DNA of 59,831 bases, the filler included. It is 5 parts of 5 records of this genome, joined end to end, with 100 filler letters (N's around TTAATTAATTAA, not from the genome) between each part and the next. Parts side by side here need not be neighbours in the genome. Positions count along the whole stretch, not along the records: positions 53,336 to 59,831 come from SRR31156797_1187; 4 more parts are not named here. One strand, 5' to 3'. Of the stretch, positions 59,167-59,831 are shown piece by piece (within the stretch, counting starts at the first letter, position 1; every line of letters starts with the position of its first letter). The notes beneath the pieces are model-generated. The model searched no databases. It saw only the letters and a list, made by a program, of their open reading frames with translations, and was not told the DNA's origin. A program made the translations under genes and the position numbers.

Positions 59167-59831
59167 TTAGAATAAATTATCGTATCCGTTTGTATCCAGT
59201 TCTATTTGTGATACAATTTGTTCCGCAGGTAATGGCGGAGTAATATAGTTATGGAACTGAATCTTCCCGTTTAACAGATCAGTGATAGGATTTTCATCTG
59301 TTTGGAATTCAATTCTACCTGCTAACAGATTCTCTGCTGCAACTTCACCGTTATAGAACTCGTTTCTCGAATCAACAATTGATTCAATTAATCTCTTAGT
59401 AGTAGGTTTATCTACATCAACCCAGTAAGTAAGAATAAATGAGTTGTCATAATACTGCATAATTCTCTTGGCAGGGATAAATGAATCCTTAGGATCAGTA
59501 TTTGCAGGATAACAAGCTGTTCTATTCCCCCATGCTGTCCATCCGTTTGCGAAATTCATCGCTGTCATGATCCCGTTCTCATTTAGGTAATTTGCCTGTA
59601 CCAGATCAAGCATTACATCCTCATACTTACCATCTTTTTTTACAACAGTTCCATTCATTTTTAACTGTTTGTTAGATGGTGATTCTTTTGGTACATCGTT
59701 ATTTCCATAATCTACAAACATCATTAGTCCTGCTATCTGTAGTGATAATCTATATACATCATCACCCAATTTAACTTTTGGCCAGCAAACAATTTGATTA
59801 TCATTCATCAGGTTATTTTGATTTTTAGTAT
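59167..59831 (-). CDS. Contractile tail sheath protein, 3' part
   Basis: QANYLNENGI, GWTAWGNRTACYP..TDPKD.FIP..R, ENPITDLLNG, TPPLPAE. Confidence 0.92.
   Translation of the reverse strand, partial: TKNQNNLMNDNQIVCWPKVKLGDDVYRLSLQIAGLMMFVDYGNNDVPKESPSNKQLKMNGTVVKKDGKYEDVMLDLVQANYLNENGIMTAMNFANGWTAWGNRTACYPANTDPKDSFIPAKRIMQYYDNSFILTYWVDVDKPTTKRLIESIVDSRNEFYNGEVAAENLLAGRIEFQTDENPITDLLNGKIQFHNYITPPLPAEQIVSQIELDTNGYDNLF

Noticed and set aside
1-59831. tRNA, rRNA, integrase or transposase genes
   Set aside because: None recognised by eye; a tRNAscan-SE/Infernal run would be needed to exclude small RNAs.

Overview
The window is a concatenation of five unrelated contigs joined by artificial N-TTAATTAATTAA-N linkers (26828-26927, 33491-33590, 48099-48198, 53236-53335); taxonomic labels are inferred from gene content and composition. 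Contig 1 (1-26827) is very AT-rich and Arcobacteraceae-like. It carries the 5' end of dnaE, a patatin/PlcP-like/GT4 module with a bidirectional Pho-box-like array, DJ-1, two FlgO-like lipoproteins, recJ, pyrG, ccoG, a Kef-type antiporter, an accessory block (two-component system, OprD-type porin, two tandem NikA, nikBCDE, MATE), a toxin/immunity-like pair and the 3' end of mnmG. Contig 2 (26928-33490) is Bacteroidota-like: a probably inactive GH26, a palindromic MITE-like element, GNAT, pirin, YceI, Crp/Fnr, GH18 and GH92. Contig 3 (33591-48098) is a Bacteroidota surface-polysaccharide locus with REP-like elements, one of which truncates a capD/fnlA-like gene. Contig 4 (48199-53235) holds creD followed by the best novelty candidate: a coupled three-gene operon of a sigma-factor-like protein, an anti-sigma-like protein and a membrane protein fusing a cytoplasmic Lon (S16) Ser-Lys protease domain to a PBP1C whose transpeptidase motifs are all lost. 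This resembles the CalpS-CalpT-CalpL cascade rewired to a cell-wall sensor. Contig 5 (53336-59831) is a P2/Mu-like contractile-tail module with a clear -1 frameshift signal in the tail chaperone gene. All calls come from motif recognition by eye; no searches were run.
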